This document shows, piece after piece, positions 27,340-42,800 of a DNA stretch of 64,000 nt. The stretch covers positions 10,480,001-10,544,000 of the forward strand of contig NC_087252.1 in the NCBI RefSeq assembly GCF_037042905.1. Direction: 5' to 3'. The notes below the pieces were generated by a model. That model searched no databases. It saw nothing but the letters and a program-made list of their open reading frames with translations, and was not told the DNA's origin. Source of the DNA: Lytechinus pictus. Taxonomy: Eukaryota. Position numbers and translations under genes: made by a program. Each line of letters begins with the position of its first letter. The stretch's first letter is position 1.

Positions 27340-27805
27340 GGTGAACTTCGATCTCTAGCCCTTTGCTGCAAGTACATGGATATGACGTTCGATCGCTTCA
27401 TCTCTGAGCTTGCGAGGGCTCTACAGCGCGCGCTGCTTGATATATGGGCGTGGTCGGGGCGTGGTCACATGGATTCTTCAGTGATCGTGGTTTCAAGATC
27501 ACGAAGGGAGGGGGGGGGGCGGCTCAAAATCTTTAGTTTTGGCCAGGCCACAGCTAGGTCTGTAATTGTCCCTAAGTCCCCCCCCCCCCCCCAATATAAA
27601 AGAATCTGAATTCGCGCATAGTTCCAAGCAATTTTTATGGTTTTTCGCTGTCTGATTAAAAAAAAAACGGCGTCTCTTTTCTCGACTCGGCTCGCCCGAG
27701 CTCCGCTACGGCTCACACGTACTCTCCGGCTAGCTCCGCACTGCGCGGCTAGCTAGCCAGCTAGCTGTATTCATACAGTACTAAAACACGACGAAAGATG
27801 GCGGA
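27340..27805 (+). promoter_or_regulatory. CpG-rich promoter/5' UTR of the SEL1L3-like gene
   Basis: Tandem GC boxes GGGCGTGG at ~27446-27464, GTCACATG next to them, CpG enrichment, and a YY1-type AAGATGGCGG overlapping the ATG. Confidence 0.55.
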
Positions 27806-27890
27806 GGTGAGGGATCGAGGCTGGACTTTGGGCTCATATTTGCTGACTTTTCTCGTCATCAATTGGTTATCAGAGATCGGTGATTCCAAG
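27798..27890 (+). CDS. SEL1L3: SEL1L3 exon 1 (signal-peptide-like)
   Basis: MAEVRDRGWTLGSYLLTFLVINWLSEIGDSK; AAG|gtaat; phase 0. Confidence 0.75.
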
Positions 27891-30800
27891 GTAATAATTT
27901 CGTGAAGAAATCTATCTGGAAATTGGAAAAAATTGCGTTTTGCATGATTATTTCAAATATATTTTAAATCTAACAGTAACATTAACATGAAAATCTTGCT
28001 CGCTCAGCGATCAGCTGCCTTAGCCCTTCATAGCCTCAGCAGAGCTCAATGGGGCCTGGCTGGGGTTGGGGATCGTGGACGGTCCACCTTCATTCATTGT
28101 GACGGTGCCTGAGCTGTGACTGTGGAGTGGAAAGCTAAATAATATTATAATGAAAGGGGGGTTGGGGAGTGTCTGCACACTGAACTAAGATTAAACGCAA
28201 GTTTCTTTATGATTATTCATATTATTCTCCAAAAAGTTTTGGCAAACTGGCAATGTGAGGTTGTGACTGAACTGAAGTTGTGTTGTTCCTGGCTGGATTA
28301 TGGTGGATATTTGTATTCCAAAAATGTTGACAAAAGATGTGTTTTTGACTGATTACAGCTTCGGTCAAGTAAGACGAGCCAGGAGGCTCCTAGAGGTTAA
28401 TGTCATCACTGACTAGACAGCTGGCATGGCACCCGTCTGTTTCGAGGTGTTTTTTAACATTTTTAATTTTTTTTATTTCTCCTCGTACACAGAGACAGAC
28501 GGCTCGCTATCGTGCAGCCACCATTAGGGGGTTAACAATGCAAAATCCCCCCGACGGGGCTCATTGATTTTTGTTTTTATTTCATAAAAATATATAAAAA
28601 TAACTACCAAAATAAACATTATTCCGTTTTGGCCTGAAATACACCAAAACGTGAAAAAATAAACTTAAAAGGGGAAAAAACAGTGACTTATTTCGGCTGT
28701 CACGCAACTCCCACTTCGATCCCTGGTTGATCTGAACTTAATACAAAAACATATGGCCATTGAGTCCCTGTACAGATCGAGCTAGAACTTCGGTCTCTGT
28801 ATTTGGTGAGTGGAGCCAACGGAGTTCAGCGGAACAAACAACATAACAGAGACCGAAGCTTTTGGTCTAATCACTGACGTGCTTAATCTCCACGGAGCCA
28901 GGGACAGGATGCCATTTCTCTACACGTACTGAGTACTTTGGAGACAATAATGTTGCCCCAAAATACTTGTTTTCTTTAGGGTTTTGAGCCCAAACTTATG
29001 TAAATGGGCTAAAAGTATATTTACCCCGCATGCACTAATGGTGCATGTATTTATTCAAATAAATCGAAAAAATTACGAAAAATAATTAAGAGCATGGGTG
29101 TTTACTCACAGTCTCTTTTAGTCTTATTGTCGCCATCTTGTCTTCTTAAGTTCTTTGTTATGTAGCCTAGCTACCAGACGCATATAGAGGGCGGCAAAAT
29201 CATGAGCGGTGTTAGATTAAAAAATGCGTGCATTTGCCGATAAATATCATGAATCTCACCTAGATGCTAAATCCCGCTTCAACTGGTCTAGCGTGCGGGA
29301 TATTTTTAGCATCGATGAAAATAGGTTGGAGTCAACAACCTTTTAGCCCCAAAACGACCAATTTTTCAGAAAACGGTGTCAAAATGCCCAGGAGCACAAG
29401 CTGTATCGTTTGAGCTGGTCCTCTGATCTGAAACATTTAACATTCAACATGTATTTAACCCACCACTACATGACAATGCCGATTTTTGTACATATGCCAT
29501 ATACTTACATTATTGCTCATTTTTATCACAAACTATTGGAGTGTCCATCACAAAACTTGTACGTGGAAGCTTCTTGACATCATAAGGTACCTCTGGGATG
29601 AATTTTTGTACGACCTTTTTTGTAGTTGGAGGTAGGAAAATGTTGCTCAGACAAATTTATAGAGCATGAAAATACCTTTAAAATGACACCAAAACCAGCT
29701 CTCTAGGTGTTATACTTATAGAGATATGGCCATTTGAATTCACGACGTCACGCTAAGTAGTAAAAAGTTCATTAGCCCGTATCTCACTAATTAAGAGCCT
29801 GTTAGCGAAAATACATGTACATACATGTATGTATTTGAATTTTAGCCGTTTTTCATGAGTCCCAATTGGTTCCCAAAGTTTTACAAAATTCTGAGAGATG
29901 ACGAAAGATTCTTTGAAGATTTGACATGGAATGTCCCATTGATTTGGTCAATGCCAATTACTCATTGTCCACTTAACTTGAAGTATAGGGGATGTCTAAC
30001 ATTTTTGTACTATTAAAGTACCTTCAGCTTCCACAAAGTTGCTAGGATAATGACCTCCCCCTCCCCCACATTGACATCGGTGTATTCAAAGAATGTTTTG
30101 ATTGGTTTAAGATCAAAGTTATAACAATATTTAAAAGTCATTGGTAATACAAATCATAAATGGACCTAGTATTATAACCATACTCCCATGATGTAATAAG
30201 CTAAATGTAAGGATTTGTCATGGCCAAAATGAAAGATTAGATTGAATCCACGCAATATCAGAATTAATCATTTGGTGATCTAAAAAAATATTGTTTCTGT
30301 CTTGAAAATTTGGGGAAAGGGATATTGTACGTGCCATCCCCCTCTCTGAAAAGTGGGGGGATATATCGCCCATCCCCCCTGGTGATTTACACCCGTGGCG
30401 CAATGAGTACAATTTTTTATTCATTGCTTTGAGCCCCTTTGTAGTATTTATAAGGAATATATCCTTCCCTCAGATAGGACCTTAAGGCCCGTATTCTGAA
30501 GTTCAGGTTTAACTGAGACCATGGTCTAACTCTGTGCTAAAATTATGGGAAGCCAAAAGTGTCAAAATTTATGTAATACTGTGCTCTTTCCTGATTCATC
30601 AATGGTGAAGACAATCATCTATTTAAATACTTCCTAGACAATTATGAATGATTTGAGAGCCAAATGAGCTAAAATATTACATCTCTACTGTTAGTGATTT
30701 ATGTAACAACTTTAAACGTGAGTTTAAGTTAAACCCGACTTCAGAATACGGGCCTAAGTCTTCACTTTTGGTCCTCTTATTGCTTGCTTTTTTTTTAGTA

Positions 30801-33800
30801 ATCAGGTAAAAAGTCATCACCATGCCTATCCCCATGCCCTATGCCATACCATTTACATGTAATTGAAATGGCTGCATGTAGGTTAACATTTAAAACTGAA
30901 TTTTCCTCGTTAATACACAGCTTCGTATATAGTGTGGTTCTCTCCATGAGAGTTTGTCATCAATCTCTCTCTCTTTATAATTCTCTCTATTTGATGAAGT
31001 TGGGTTTCATTTGCATAGCAAACAAGTGGCTTCCACATCAATGATTAGAATGCAATCATGGTTGTTTACCAGTCAATATAAAAATCATGATCACAGCTGG
31101 TGTGAAGTGCCCCATCTGTGCTTCCAGTAGTCTTGGTGAACAGACCCTATTTTTCCTTGCTACTGTAAATGTTATTCTACATTGTAGTATACATGTACAT
31201 TCTAGTCTTCTGGGGCCAATAACACAAAGATTAGTGATGGGTAGTAAATATGAAAAAACACGTTGAAGTTTCTGATTGGTTCCTACATGTAGTTGGCATG
31301 AAACATTGATCTTGATTGGTCAGTTGATTTAGCGATTGATCGCTAATCTTTGTGTTAGGGAGCCCTGCTATCAGTCTGATATGGCATGGCAAGAAATGTG
31401 TAAATTATGTTCAATTCCAAATCAAGCACACATGTATCTATTAAAGTCCCAACATTAAAGATACATAAATCTAATGACAGGCACGTTAATTGCAGTTGAT
31501 TTTCATTCAATTTGAAAATCAAACTTTTTTTTTTTTTTTTTGGGGGGGGCGAAAATCCTGTAATTATGCCTGATTTTGTGAATGAAATTGATTTTCCCTG
31601 ACTTTTAACTTTTGCACCTAAAATTTGACTTTCAATTGATTTTAAATTTCTTAAAATACCTTCTCTTTATGTGTTCCTTTTTTAATTAAAACCAACTTTA
31701 TATCATATTAAACTTCCCCTTTAACTTACATTCAGCCTGCACACTGTTTAATCATGATTATTTATTCTGTGATCAGCAGTTGTCCCGAAAGTGTTCATTG
31801 ACAAGTGTTTTTCTGAGCTTTGTAAATATTGCACACATACAGTTGGGCAATTCCATACAATGATCAACCCTTTTGTAAGTCCGAGCCCCATTTTTCTCTA
31901 GTTTTACTTCACTTCATAAACTGACCAGTCATGGTCATTTGAGAGCATTACAGACTGTCAAAAGAACAAGAAATCAGAGACGGAAAATTTCATGAAGGTC
32001 CCACATATAGGGGGTCGGATGTACATACTGTATTTTATGGAATTGCCCTAGTTTGCATCATGGAGGTACATGTAATTTTACCTCCATATAAGTGTAGTAT
32101 TACAGCCCACAATTAACTGTGACTTAGTACTGCAAGTTTGTCTTTTTTTTTACATTATGCTTTGTCTCAATTCTTGTACGACTTCAGCACTCTGAGCTGT
32201 TGCAGTTTTATGTACATCACGTATCCAGAGAATTGGGAGGGCATTTTCAGTTTATTAGACAGATTTAATCCTGTAAAGAGACCAACATTGTTTACAAATA
32301 TTTCAAAAGGATTCTGTTACATTATTTTTTGGCAGTTACAATATATAAATATAGTTAGCTTTTCTGCCCATCCACCTTATACAAACTTTTATAGCAAAAA
32401 GCATATTAAATTTTTTATAATTAGCTTTAATAATGCAAGTCAAGTGATCTGTATTCACACGAGCCCCTTCCCCTCCCTGGAATAGGTACAAAAATTTTTT
32501 TTTTCTTCTAAGGTTTTTTTTTTTTTTTTGCAAGTCAATTGGATTTTTTTTTTCAATTTTACATTTGATACATTGTATGTAGATCAATTTGAGCTTTATG
32601 AAATCTGATTTGCACGGTAAACTGCCGATTCGTCTATTGCCAACTTGTCCACTCATCATGTATGGTCTACCTTCATTTTTTAGTCTAATGCCATTCCGTC
32701 CATCAACATTTCATCTAACAACCATTTGGTCCGTATCACTTCGTCTAATCACCAGTTCGTCTATGACCATTTCGTCTCATAACCAGTTGGTCGAATACCC
32801 ATTTTCTTTTCATTCATTTAAACCCAATTAACATTAGGCCTGAGTCCAATTAGACCAAATGGTATATGGACTAGATGGCAATTGGACCTACTGGTTATTA
32901 GACCAATTGGTGAGTGGACGAAATTGCAATTTGACCATGTGGGTAGTGGATGAAATGATCGTCGACCAATGATATTAGGCGAGTTGGTAATTGGACGAAT
33001 AGGCATTAGACCAATTGGAAATAAACCATTTGCATTTCTTGCAATACCCAATTAGAGTCATTTTCGCGGGCCAACGTTCACAAGGTATCTTACACATATT
33101 AACCTCGCTGATTATTAAGGGATAATGTGTGCCCTCTTGAGCATGTGTTTTACTGCATATGCAACCGACTGGAAATCTAAAAGTGTCACGTTATATAGTC
33201 ACAGTCAAATTTTTTTTGACGCACCACCCATTAATGCTTTTGTTGTCAGGCCTTCATAGACAAGGCCCTGATTTTCTCATCCTCTACTACATGTACTTTT
33301 CTTTCAGCTCATAACCGTTGAGAGTTTAAAGCACTCCTCCCATGAGACCGCCCACGAGACCTACCGACGGCTCCGCAGCCAGATGGCTCCTACCTTCACC
33401 CAGGAGAAACTCTCTCCCCCAGCCCAATCGTCCCAATACCAGACACTCTCCGTCGTCATGGAAACCAGCAAGAAACGTCATAACCGCTTCATCCAAGTGC
33501 AATCCTCCCCTTCCATTTACCCACCGAACAACGTCATTCTGATCGAGTACGAATGCTTGGGGGGCGAGATGGCCGCCGTTGAAGTCGAGGTGTGGACGGT
33601 CTACAACCAACGCTCTCGCCCAATCCGGCACACCTGGTTGTGCAGTGAGCATTCCAAACACACGCGGAGAGTTTTTCAGTCGTTGCAGTTACCCGACGGC
33701 ATCGTTTACCAACCAGATTTCCTGAACCGGGATGTGAAAATCATCGAGAGGATAGAATTGTCTGTATGGATATTAAGTATAGATGCTTTCAGGTCCAAGA

Positions 33801-36800
33801 AGAGGGGCTATTTTGATTTGTCCAGTGCCAAGGCGAGATATAGCGTCCAGGTTTTGCCCACGTATGCCAGGCCGAGGAAGAAACATCATAGCATCGGATG
33901 CTTGACGTGGGATGCGGAGATGATGCTGAAATACAGTCGGCGTTGGAATGGAATATTACAGTGCAATAAAGAAAATGGTAATTCACGTTAAGTATTCACA
34001 ATGATGATACTGACAAAAAAGTCCCAGTAAACATGTAAGGAGACAGATTACGGTATGGACAAAGTGGTAAAATATAAAATGAAAATTAACTTGAAACAAA
34101 AACATATTTAGATTGTCTTTTATTAGTCTTTCATAAAATATATATCTCATTTTACTTTGAGTCAGTCAAGTTGGGTCATATTTGTATGCTCGTTCAATTT
34201 TGAAAGGGTTGAAAGCTAATCAAAAAGCTAATCCATGTTGAAAAAAGTGGAATAGCTACTATTGGTTTTTTCTAATGCTCTGATAAGAAACAGAATTTAT
34301 AGGGCTGGCTGACTTCCACAGTTTCCTTATTCATTTGCAGAATGAAATGATTAGATTAATGAAAACAGCATGATGAACAGCATTTGTATAGCGCCATTGA
34401 TGTTTTTTTTTTAAATCGTTCATATGCACCGGCTCCCCAATATTTCACACATAATTCACAAAGTTGCTGGAAAAGATGGGTCTTTAGTTTGAATTTGAGG
34501 GTCTCAATGTTGTTACAATCACGATGTTGGATTGGTAGAGAATTCCAAAGCATCCAAGCATTTCCAGTTGGTAATCTATTAGTATGTGTCTAGATGCACA
34601 GTACGATTTAATGATTTTACTTCGCTTTTTCATCCTACAGAGGTTGTTGACCTTATGACCTTTCCCGTCGCATTAGACAGTGGTTTCCACGGTATCTCAA
34701 GAAACATTGCTCCTTACAAAGAACCTGGTCTGAGATTGCTCATGGATGCCAACATCAATAACCCAAAGTGAGTATAGGGGAACACTTCATGAAACAAATA
34801 GTCAATGTTTCTTTGTTATAAGCTACTGAAATACTTGTATCTGATTGGATGTGAGGAAATTTGTCAGTGAAAATCACTGAGAATACTCTTCATGAGATGC
34901 TCCACTGATGTAAACCAGGCGAGTATTTAATTGATCAAATAGTCTGACTTTTCTCTGACTATTATAAGCTCCTGAAATCCATTCATCTGATTGGCTCAGA
35001 ACAAATTGTCAGTGAAAACCAGAAACAAAACTTTTCATGAAATGCTTCCCAGAAGATGACATGGATCCTGATCAAATGAGTGATTTTTACCTTGCATATT
35101 GAAGTTGTAGTTTCATTGAGGTTTCTTTATTAGATAACCATTTCTTTCTTTCATTTTCACCCCTCAATAACTTCTCCTCATTCCATCAATCTAAACAGTT
35201 TGTTTTAGGTCTAACCATACTGTGAACATTTCCATGACATTTGCTTTGGCGGCAGTTGTTCTGCTGTAAATTCCAAACACTCGTGGAATGATCAACTTCA
35301 ACCTTGGATTTAACACTACCTTATCCTAAACTGAACCCTAAACCTGTAACATAAAACCCTTGTGCATCCCTAACCCAATATCTTAGACGATATATATAAA
35401 GCCTGGAGCCACTTAAAACCTTTTCCAATAATTTTTTTTTTTTTTTCAAACAAAATTGTGTACATGTATGCATGTATATGTATGCCATATTGCAGTCGCT
35501 AATTACTATTTCTTTTCAATTTCTTTTCTTCAGATTTACAATATCGGCATATATCTTCCTTCTTGATTACTGCAAGCATTCCTTGTGTAGCCTGATCCAT
35601 CGTAAGACACAGTACACCAATAGATATGTCACCCCGCTAATCTTTTTAAAACAAGATGGTGAGTCAGAAACCTAGGCCCGTATTCTCTACTCGGGTCTCG
35701 TCTATGCTCTAAATCTGTGTTAAAATTATGGGAAGCCAAACATGTCAAAGTTTGTTCACATGGGCCCATATTCTGAAGTCAGGTTTAATTGTATAGACCA
35801 TGGTCTAACTCTGTGTTAAAATTATGGGAAGCCAAAAGTGTCAAAATGTTTACTAAGTTGTATATTTCTTATATTTACTGTGCTCTTTCCTGATTCATCG
35901 ATGGTGAAGACAATCATCTATTTATACTTCCTAGACAACTATGAATGATATGAGAGCCAAATGAGCTGAAATATGATATCTCTACCGTTAGTGATTTATG
36001 TAACATTTGGCTATCCATACTTAAACCACAACTTTAAACCTGAGTTTAAGTTAAACCTGACTTTAGAATACGGGCCATGGTATATTTCTTTGGTGTGCTT
36101 TTCTCTTTCCTTATTCTAAAATGGTGAAGACAATTATCTAATTTCATCCTTCCCACACAGTTGAGAATGATTTGAGAGTCAAATGAGCTGATACTATGAA
36201 CCTCTACTGTTAGAGATTTATGTCACAATAGGCTTTCCATAGTTATACCACAACTTTAGACCAGCGTTTGAATGAAACCCAACTTCAGAATACGGGCCCT
36301 AGGTTTGAGAAAATTTTGTGGGAACACTATGAGGTAACCAAGAAGAGTATAAGGATATATAAAGGCTTTTGGTGCTGCATACCTTATCAAAGAATGGCCT
36401 TGGAATTGTTCTTCCCATAAGTAAAGTAATTCATTTGGTTATATTTTTATATTTATTTTTTTTGCATCGTTGGCCATTTAGATGAAAGCGCATGGATATA
36501 TTGAAGGCTGAGAATGATGATTATATTTATAACAATGAAATACATGGAATATATGATAACTATACTCGCTGCATTGTTTGATCAGAAGCCTTGAATTTTG
36601 TGATATTAAGGGCAAGCTTAGGGCAATAAAATTGTCTATATGGCACATTTATATGTACTATTTATACTTCGTAATTCTATTCTTGTGTAGAGGAAAACAG
36701 AAAATCACTGTCCCCACAAATGAATCAAATTAAAGAATGTCTTATTCTTATTTTGTTTTTGTCCAGGTCAAGTGTTTGTCCAGATAGAGAATGATAAGAA

Positions 36801-39800
36801 GTCTTACATGAGTATGCTGAATAAGATCACACTACCTCTGAAGGAATGGATTCAGATGGTCTATATACAGGACGGTCGAAAGGTATCTATGAACCTGTGG
36901 TAGATTGCTTTGCTGCCGGTTCTAGCCAATGTTTGGGTTTACCTAAATAAGTGTTTTCAACTGGAACCGAAGGGTCTTTGTATAACGGATCCCCTACCAA
37001 CCCCCATGGTCTCTGCTGTTGACCATGCTAGCGCAATGACTAGCTAGTGATTGTGAGAGAGTTGAATTATATGCTTTTCACACTGCACTTTTTTTCCTTA
37101 ATCCCGGGAAATTGGTGGGGCTAAGGTGGGGTCTTAGCCCCACCAATTTCCCGATGTTAAGCTTAGCCCACTTCGTTTTCACACTACGTTTTAGCAATGT
37201 GGGCTAGCACGGTATATAGTACGGTACTATCTGGCCCTGCAAAAAAGCAGGGTTAGCCAGCTTATTGTGGTGCTAGCACCACAATTGCGGTGCTAAAAGA
37301 TGCAGTGTGAAACGAAACTGGGCTAAGGAAAAGTGGGGCTAAGCATTAGCCAATCACAGCAGTCGAAATTGCACGTTAATCGCGCTCTGTGTGGTAAAAT
37401 CATCAATATTCATGAGCTGTGTGATAGTCCGGGATTAAGGCATTAACCCCGGCTAAGCAAATAGTATGGGGTTAAGAAAGACAGTGTGAATAAAAAAAAC
37501 AGATAGTATGGGGTTAAGGAAATACAGTGTGAAAAGCATATTACTGTGTTATGTCTTTGATTTTGTACTAAAAATGGAGGGTAGAAAAGGGCTATTGTAT
37601 GATGGAGTGCCTGTTTTTACTCTGCAGACGACTAAGTCCCAAATAATCTACCTATAAATAATAAAAGAAAAACATTCTTCACAATCATGAAATGTTACCT
37701 GGGGTCCGTTTCATAAAGAGTTGCAACTGTTGTAACTTTGCCATTATGGCAACTACCATGGAAACCTTGATTCTGATTGGCTGCTGAGTCCTGTTACCGT
37801 GGTAGTTGCCATTATCAGAGCTGCCAACCATTACGTTTTTGCCGTAATCATTACGTTTTTTCATTCAAATTACGGCATTATGGTTTTTCTTTTCAAATTA
37901 CGTTTTTTGACAATTTTGATAATGTGTGTACATAATTGTATGTATGTGTAGTGCGTGTTGAGCCCGAGATGAGCCTGGTACTTGCGCGTGCGTAGTCGCC
38001 CGCCGGCCGGTTTTCCAACGCACTTTAATAATTTGATAGCGCGCGCGTACATATACGTTTATAGTTGAACATGCGAGCGGCATGCATGGCACGAATCGCG
38101 ATGTATAGCGACTGGTAAATACGTCTGTAAAGATGATGACGTCATCCAAGATGGCAACTTACGATGACCAACGAAAGGATCGAGGATGATTATGTATTGA
38201 TCTTGGAAAGCTCTTCATTGTCCCCTGAAGTACTAATTATGGGTGATATTCAACATTTATTGATAGTTACACATGATTTATACTAGAGAGATGTCCTACT
38301 GCTTTTGGAATTTTTAAAAAAAGTCGGCACTGTAGCATTCAGTTTAGCAGGAATGGGAAGATTTCTTTCCCGGTTCTGGCGGCCTAGATGTCTGCTCTAT
38401 AGTGCTGTCACTGCTGGGGATGATTGAGTGTGCGTGCAGTGTGATTGAGGCTGAGCTGTGTACATCGTGAAGTGATCTACGATGGGACTTTTGTGGAATG
38501 ATTTCAACTTCTAGATCTATTTGAATTTTAGATTAGATTGATTTATGAATAATTTTTTTATATTTGTGGAATGTTACATGTACTTCCATTTTATGACACT
38601 TTAATTTTAAAGGGTATTGTTTGGCAAAAACAATTACTTGGGAAGAGCAGTCTGAATTGATGTGAACTTTTTTTTAATTTCTCTTAGTCTACAATTTGGT
38701 AGTTTTTCAGGAAACTCAACACAAAACAATGTATTATTTTAAAAGTGGAAAGGTAGCCCCAGAAAAATGGAGCCCTAAAAATGTTCACCAGAACTGATTT
38801 TAGTGCCCCTCAAAGAATTTTTTCTCGACAGATCTTTACTCTGATAAGGAAGTGCCGGAGTAGGTTGCACTACAAAATTAAAGTCCTACTTGTCTTTTTT
38901 TGAAAAATTTGCCTTGGTGCCCTTTTGACTAGAATAAAAGTGGCCTTCATGCCCTTTAGAATATAGTTCATGCCCCTTGAAATTTTGGGGCATCCAAGGC
39001 CACTTTGCCGGTTGCCCCAAGCTGAAAGTGCCCTTTTAAGAATTGCCTTGCCCCTCTCAATTCTTAATTCGAGCCCTGCTACTGACTTAATTAAAGTTGG
39101 TAGATTTTGTCAAAACAGGCCCAAGACTAAGGGTCCAATTTGTAACACTCGGTTACTTAGCCCAGACTAGGCCTAGTCCTAGAGATTAATTTTTTTTATT
39201 GTTCACTGCATACATACTTTTTGCATTGGATATTTGTCGCGTGTGGTTTTAAGGTTCGTTTTAACACATTCCTTTTTTTTGTTGGAAATTCCTTTTTTTT
39301 GCCATAATGATTCCTTTTTTTGCTTGCACAAGGTTGGCAGCTCTGCATTATGGCAAAGTTACAGCAGTTGTAGGTCCTTTATGTAACGGGCCCCAGATTT
39401 GGGTAAAGCTTTCTCTTGTGACTTGTGAGGCTGCTAGCTCATCAGACCTACACCACTGTGACAGGTGGCGAAGTGCTGATGCAGAGTGACCAAGTACGAT
39501 GAAGCTCGCTTACAGCCTCCCAAATTAATACCGAAACAGGTATAATATCATGATTATGAAAATCTTACTTTATGTCTTTGCACAACTCAGATAGAACCCT
39601 TTCACTACTTTAATAGTTGCCATCATTACCTGATGTCTAACAGTCCATCCGCCTCCTTTCATTTCCAACCCCCCCCTCCTTAATCCATTCTTAACCCTCC
39701 CCTTCCCATTACAGTGGTCAATTCAGTTCTTTACCCAGGCCTCGCCCACATCCACCCATCTCGTGGGGAGGAGTACGTACACCAACGATGTCCACTACAA

Positions 39801-42800
39801 CGAGACTGATGCTTTCTATCACCTTGGGGGCAGCAGTGCGGTCAGGTCTTTCAACGGTTTCATGGTAGAGGCTAAACTCTGGCGACATCAAGCAATAGAC
39901 CCTCAGCAGGTAATATGCATGAGTTAATTGCCACTTGTTGTATGCCTTCTTGGTCTATTCCATTGGTCTCGTCACACACGGTCTTGAGCCATTTCATATA
40001 AAAGAGTTACAAGTTTGTCGTTATTGCAACTACCATGGTGAATGCTCAGTAGCCAATCACAGTCAAGGATTCAATGGTAGTTACAATAATGGCAAAGTTA
40101 CAACAGTTGTGAGTCTTTATGAGACGACCAGTTCGTCTACTGAACCTTTGGTCTAATTGCCATTTGACCCATTTACCATTTTATCTAATTCCAGTTAGGC
40201 TTTACCATTCCGTCTAATACAACATAGGTCAATATTCTACATACATAAGGTAGAATGATATTTGCCTTTACAGTATAATTAAACATTGCATAAAAATAGA
40301 CCTTTAAATGAAAAAAACTAGATTGCCACCAAATTTTGGTAGTCGGTTTTTTTTTATAATGCGCTACCAAAATATGGTATCAAAAATGCTGAAATGCCAA
40401 AAAAGTTTTTTGTGACATCCTCACTCCGGTACTCTATTGCCGCTAAAGATACAAATTATTTCCTACCCTACTTTAGGCTGCAAAAACTCCATTTGATGAT
40501 CTGAATTATACCTCTGAGATCTCAAGGCATTACCAACAATGTGACAGCTTTCATCTATCAATGGAGAGGATCTTTGACATCTTCAAACTCAAACATGAAG
40601 ACAAACTCAAGAAGGGTAAGTGAAGGTCAAGATTCATCTGTTTTGTTCATCAAATTGGCAGCATCTTTGATTTTCTATCCAAGTTTAATTTTCGAAAATT
40701 ATTCTGTCTGGATATGAAATGCGAAAATGAACGATATATCAAAAGTCTTGGTGAAAAATTGCCTGTTTGCATTTAATGAATGGTGATTTAGTTCACTTCA
40801 TCGCATTGCCAATTTAGATTAGGCCTATGAGCTGTGTTATACCTCTGATATCTCAGGCATTAAAATAATGTGATCACTTTCATTTATCCATGGAGAAGGG
40901 TTTTCAACATCTTCAAACTCAAATATAAAGATATCAAGAAGTCTAGTCAATGTGCATATTAAGTAAATTGAACTGAAATGTATAAAAATAAATCTCTTTG
41001 GAAGTAATCTTTACACAGCAATGCACAAGTGCATGGCTATAGTTCAGCGGGAGATGGCACTGTTGCGCATTAAATCCATGTACATATATTCAAGGGCGAA
41101 TTCATGATACATGAACTAGCATGAAGTAGATGGATACATCAGGGCTCCGTAACACAAAGGTTAATAGCAATTGATATCTAATCTGAAAGAACAATTCTGA
41201 TTGGTTCCTAGTCAGTCTACTGAATGAAATTCGCGTGCAACAAGGATTTTGATAGGCAATTTCATTTAGCGATGAATCGCTAACCTTTGTGTTACGGGGC
41301 CTGGATTATCTCGTAAATAAGAAAATCAGTATTTTCTTGATTTATACCCTTTAATAAAATGAACATCTTTTTTTGGCTTCTTCATGATTTGAACTTCTCC
41401 CATTCTTTCACAGTTAGAAAGAAGATAATATTCCTTATTTCCAACTCAATCAAAATATTTTTAAAGGAATTATGGACGATACTGTTCGACATTTTATATA
41501 TGCAAGATTTGAAAGTTTTGACATTAGGTATTTCATCGATATATGGAATCTGAAATGTGAATTTTTTTCAGCAAGTTATGATGTGAAATATAAAGCTCCT
41601 AAATGTTTTATTTTAAATGTAGCATTGTGTGGTTATGATTTTTCCTATGTAGTTTTCATTTCATGCGAGTAACACTCTGGCCAACCTAGTGTTAATAGGT
41701 CAGGCCTTTTTTCATCTCGCTAAATAAAATCCATTAAACTGGATAGGTATTTCTGGCTCTAGTGGATAATGTGCTGTATATACTGTGCACGTTGTTGCGA
41801 ATCAGGAAAACTTACATTGATTTTATAATGCGTGTAAAGGCCACCGCACACCTTACGACTGTTCGCGGTCCGATTTTGGAACAAATCGCATTTTACTCAT
41901 TTTCTGAAAATGTGAATGGAACATATCATTTTATTTGAGGTTAAAATTAATTGAAAGAATACTAATATAACCATTTTCAAATCGTAGCCAATCGTACGAC
42001 TGCTATGACGTCATTACGACTAAAAATTAAATTCAAAGGTCATTTAAGGTCAATGAACTTTGACCATTTTCAGCGTATTTATTGAATTACCATCTTAACT
42101 CTGAAATGTTTTGTTCTAGTTCATAAAACTTGGACATAAGAGTAACCTGTGCGAGTTTCATGTCACATGTCCAAGGTCATAGGTCATTAAGGTCAATGAA
42201 CTTTGGCCGTGTTGGAGGTAATTATTAAATTGCTGTCATAACTTTCAAAGTTTATGGATATAGTTTATGAATTGTGGGTGGACACTGGGGTAATCTAGTA
42301 TCACTGACAAGTCTTAGGTCACATGATCAAGGCCAAATGTTATTTAGGGTCAATGAATGTAGTATTGTATCATTATAGGAATGATGTTTTTTGTAAATAA
42401 TAATTTGATAGTAGTTTTCAAAGTCAGCACTGCTGCTACATGTATATTGAATCGCGTAATGCAGGTGAGACTGTCAGAGGCGCTCCACTTGTTATTTATG
42501 CGTGGTCAAAGAAATATAGTTTACATATATATTTGAATTTTAATGTTAAAGTCATATGGATACCCAAGTCATTCGATATTCTTTTACTAAATATCATGAA
42601 ATTTGGGTTTCCTTCTTATTGATACAACACCTGTTGCATAAAACTTTTGCCATAAAAAAAAACTTAAAAAAAAAAACCCTCTGCCATTGACGATTACCAC
42701 ATTGCAAAACTTTATGCAGCAGACTTCATATGCTAGTATCTGTTCATTTATTTATTTTATTTTTTTGTATTTAGTAACTTGCCCAAGCCATCCTCCATAT

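Noticed and set aside
35300..35385. Telomere-like aaccct motifs (also ~46710-46790)
   Set aside because: Short and degenerate, and apparently part of a dispersed repeat; not an interstitial telomere array.
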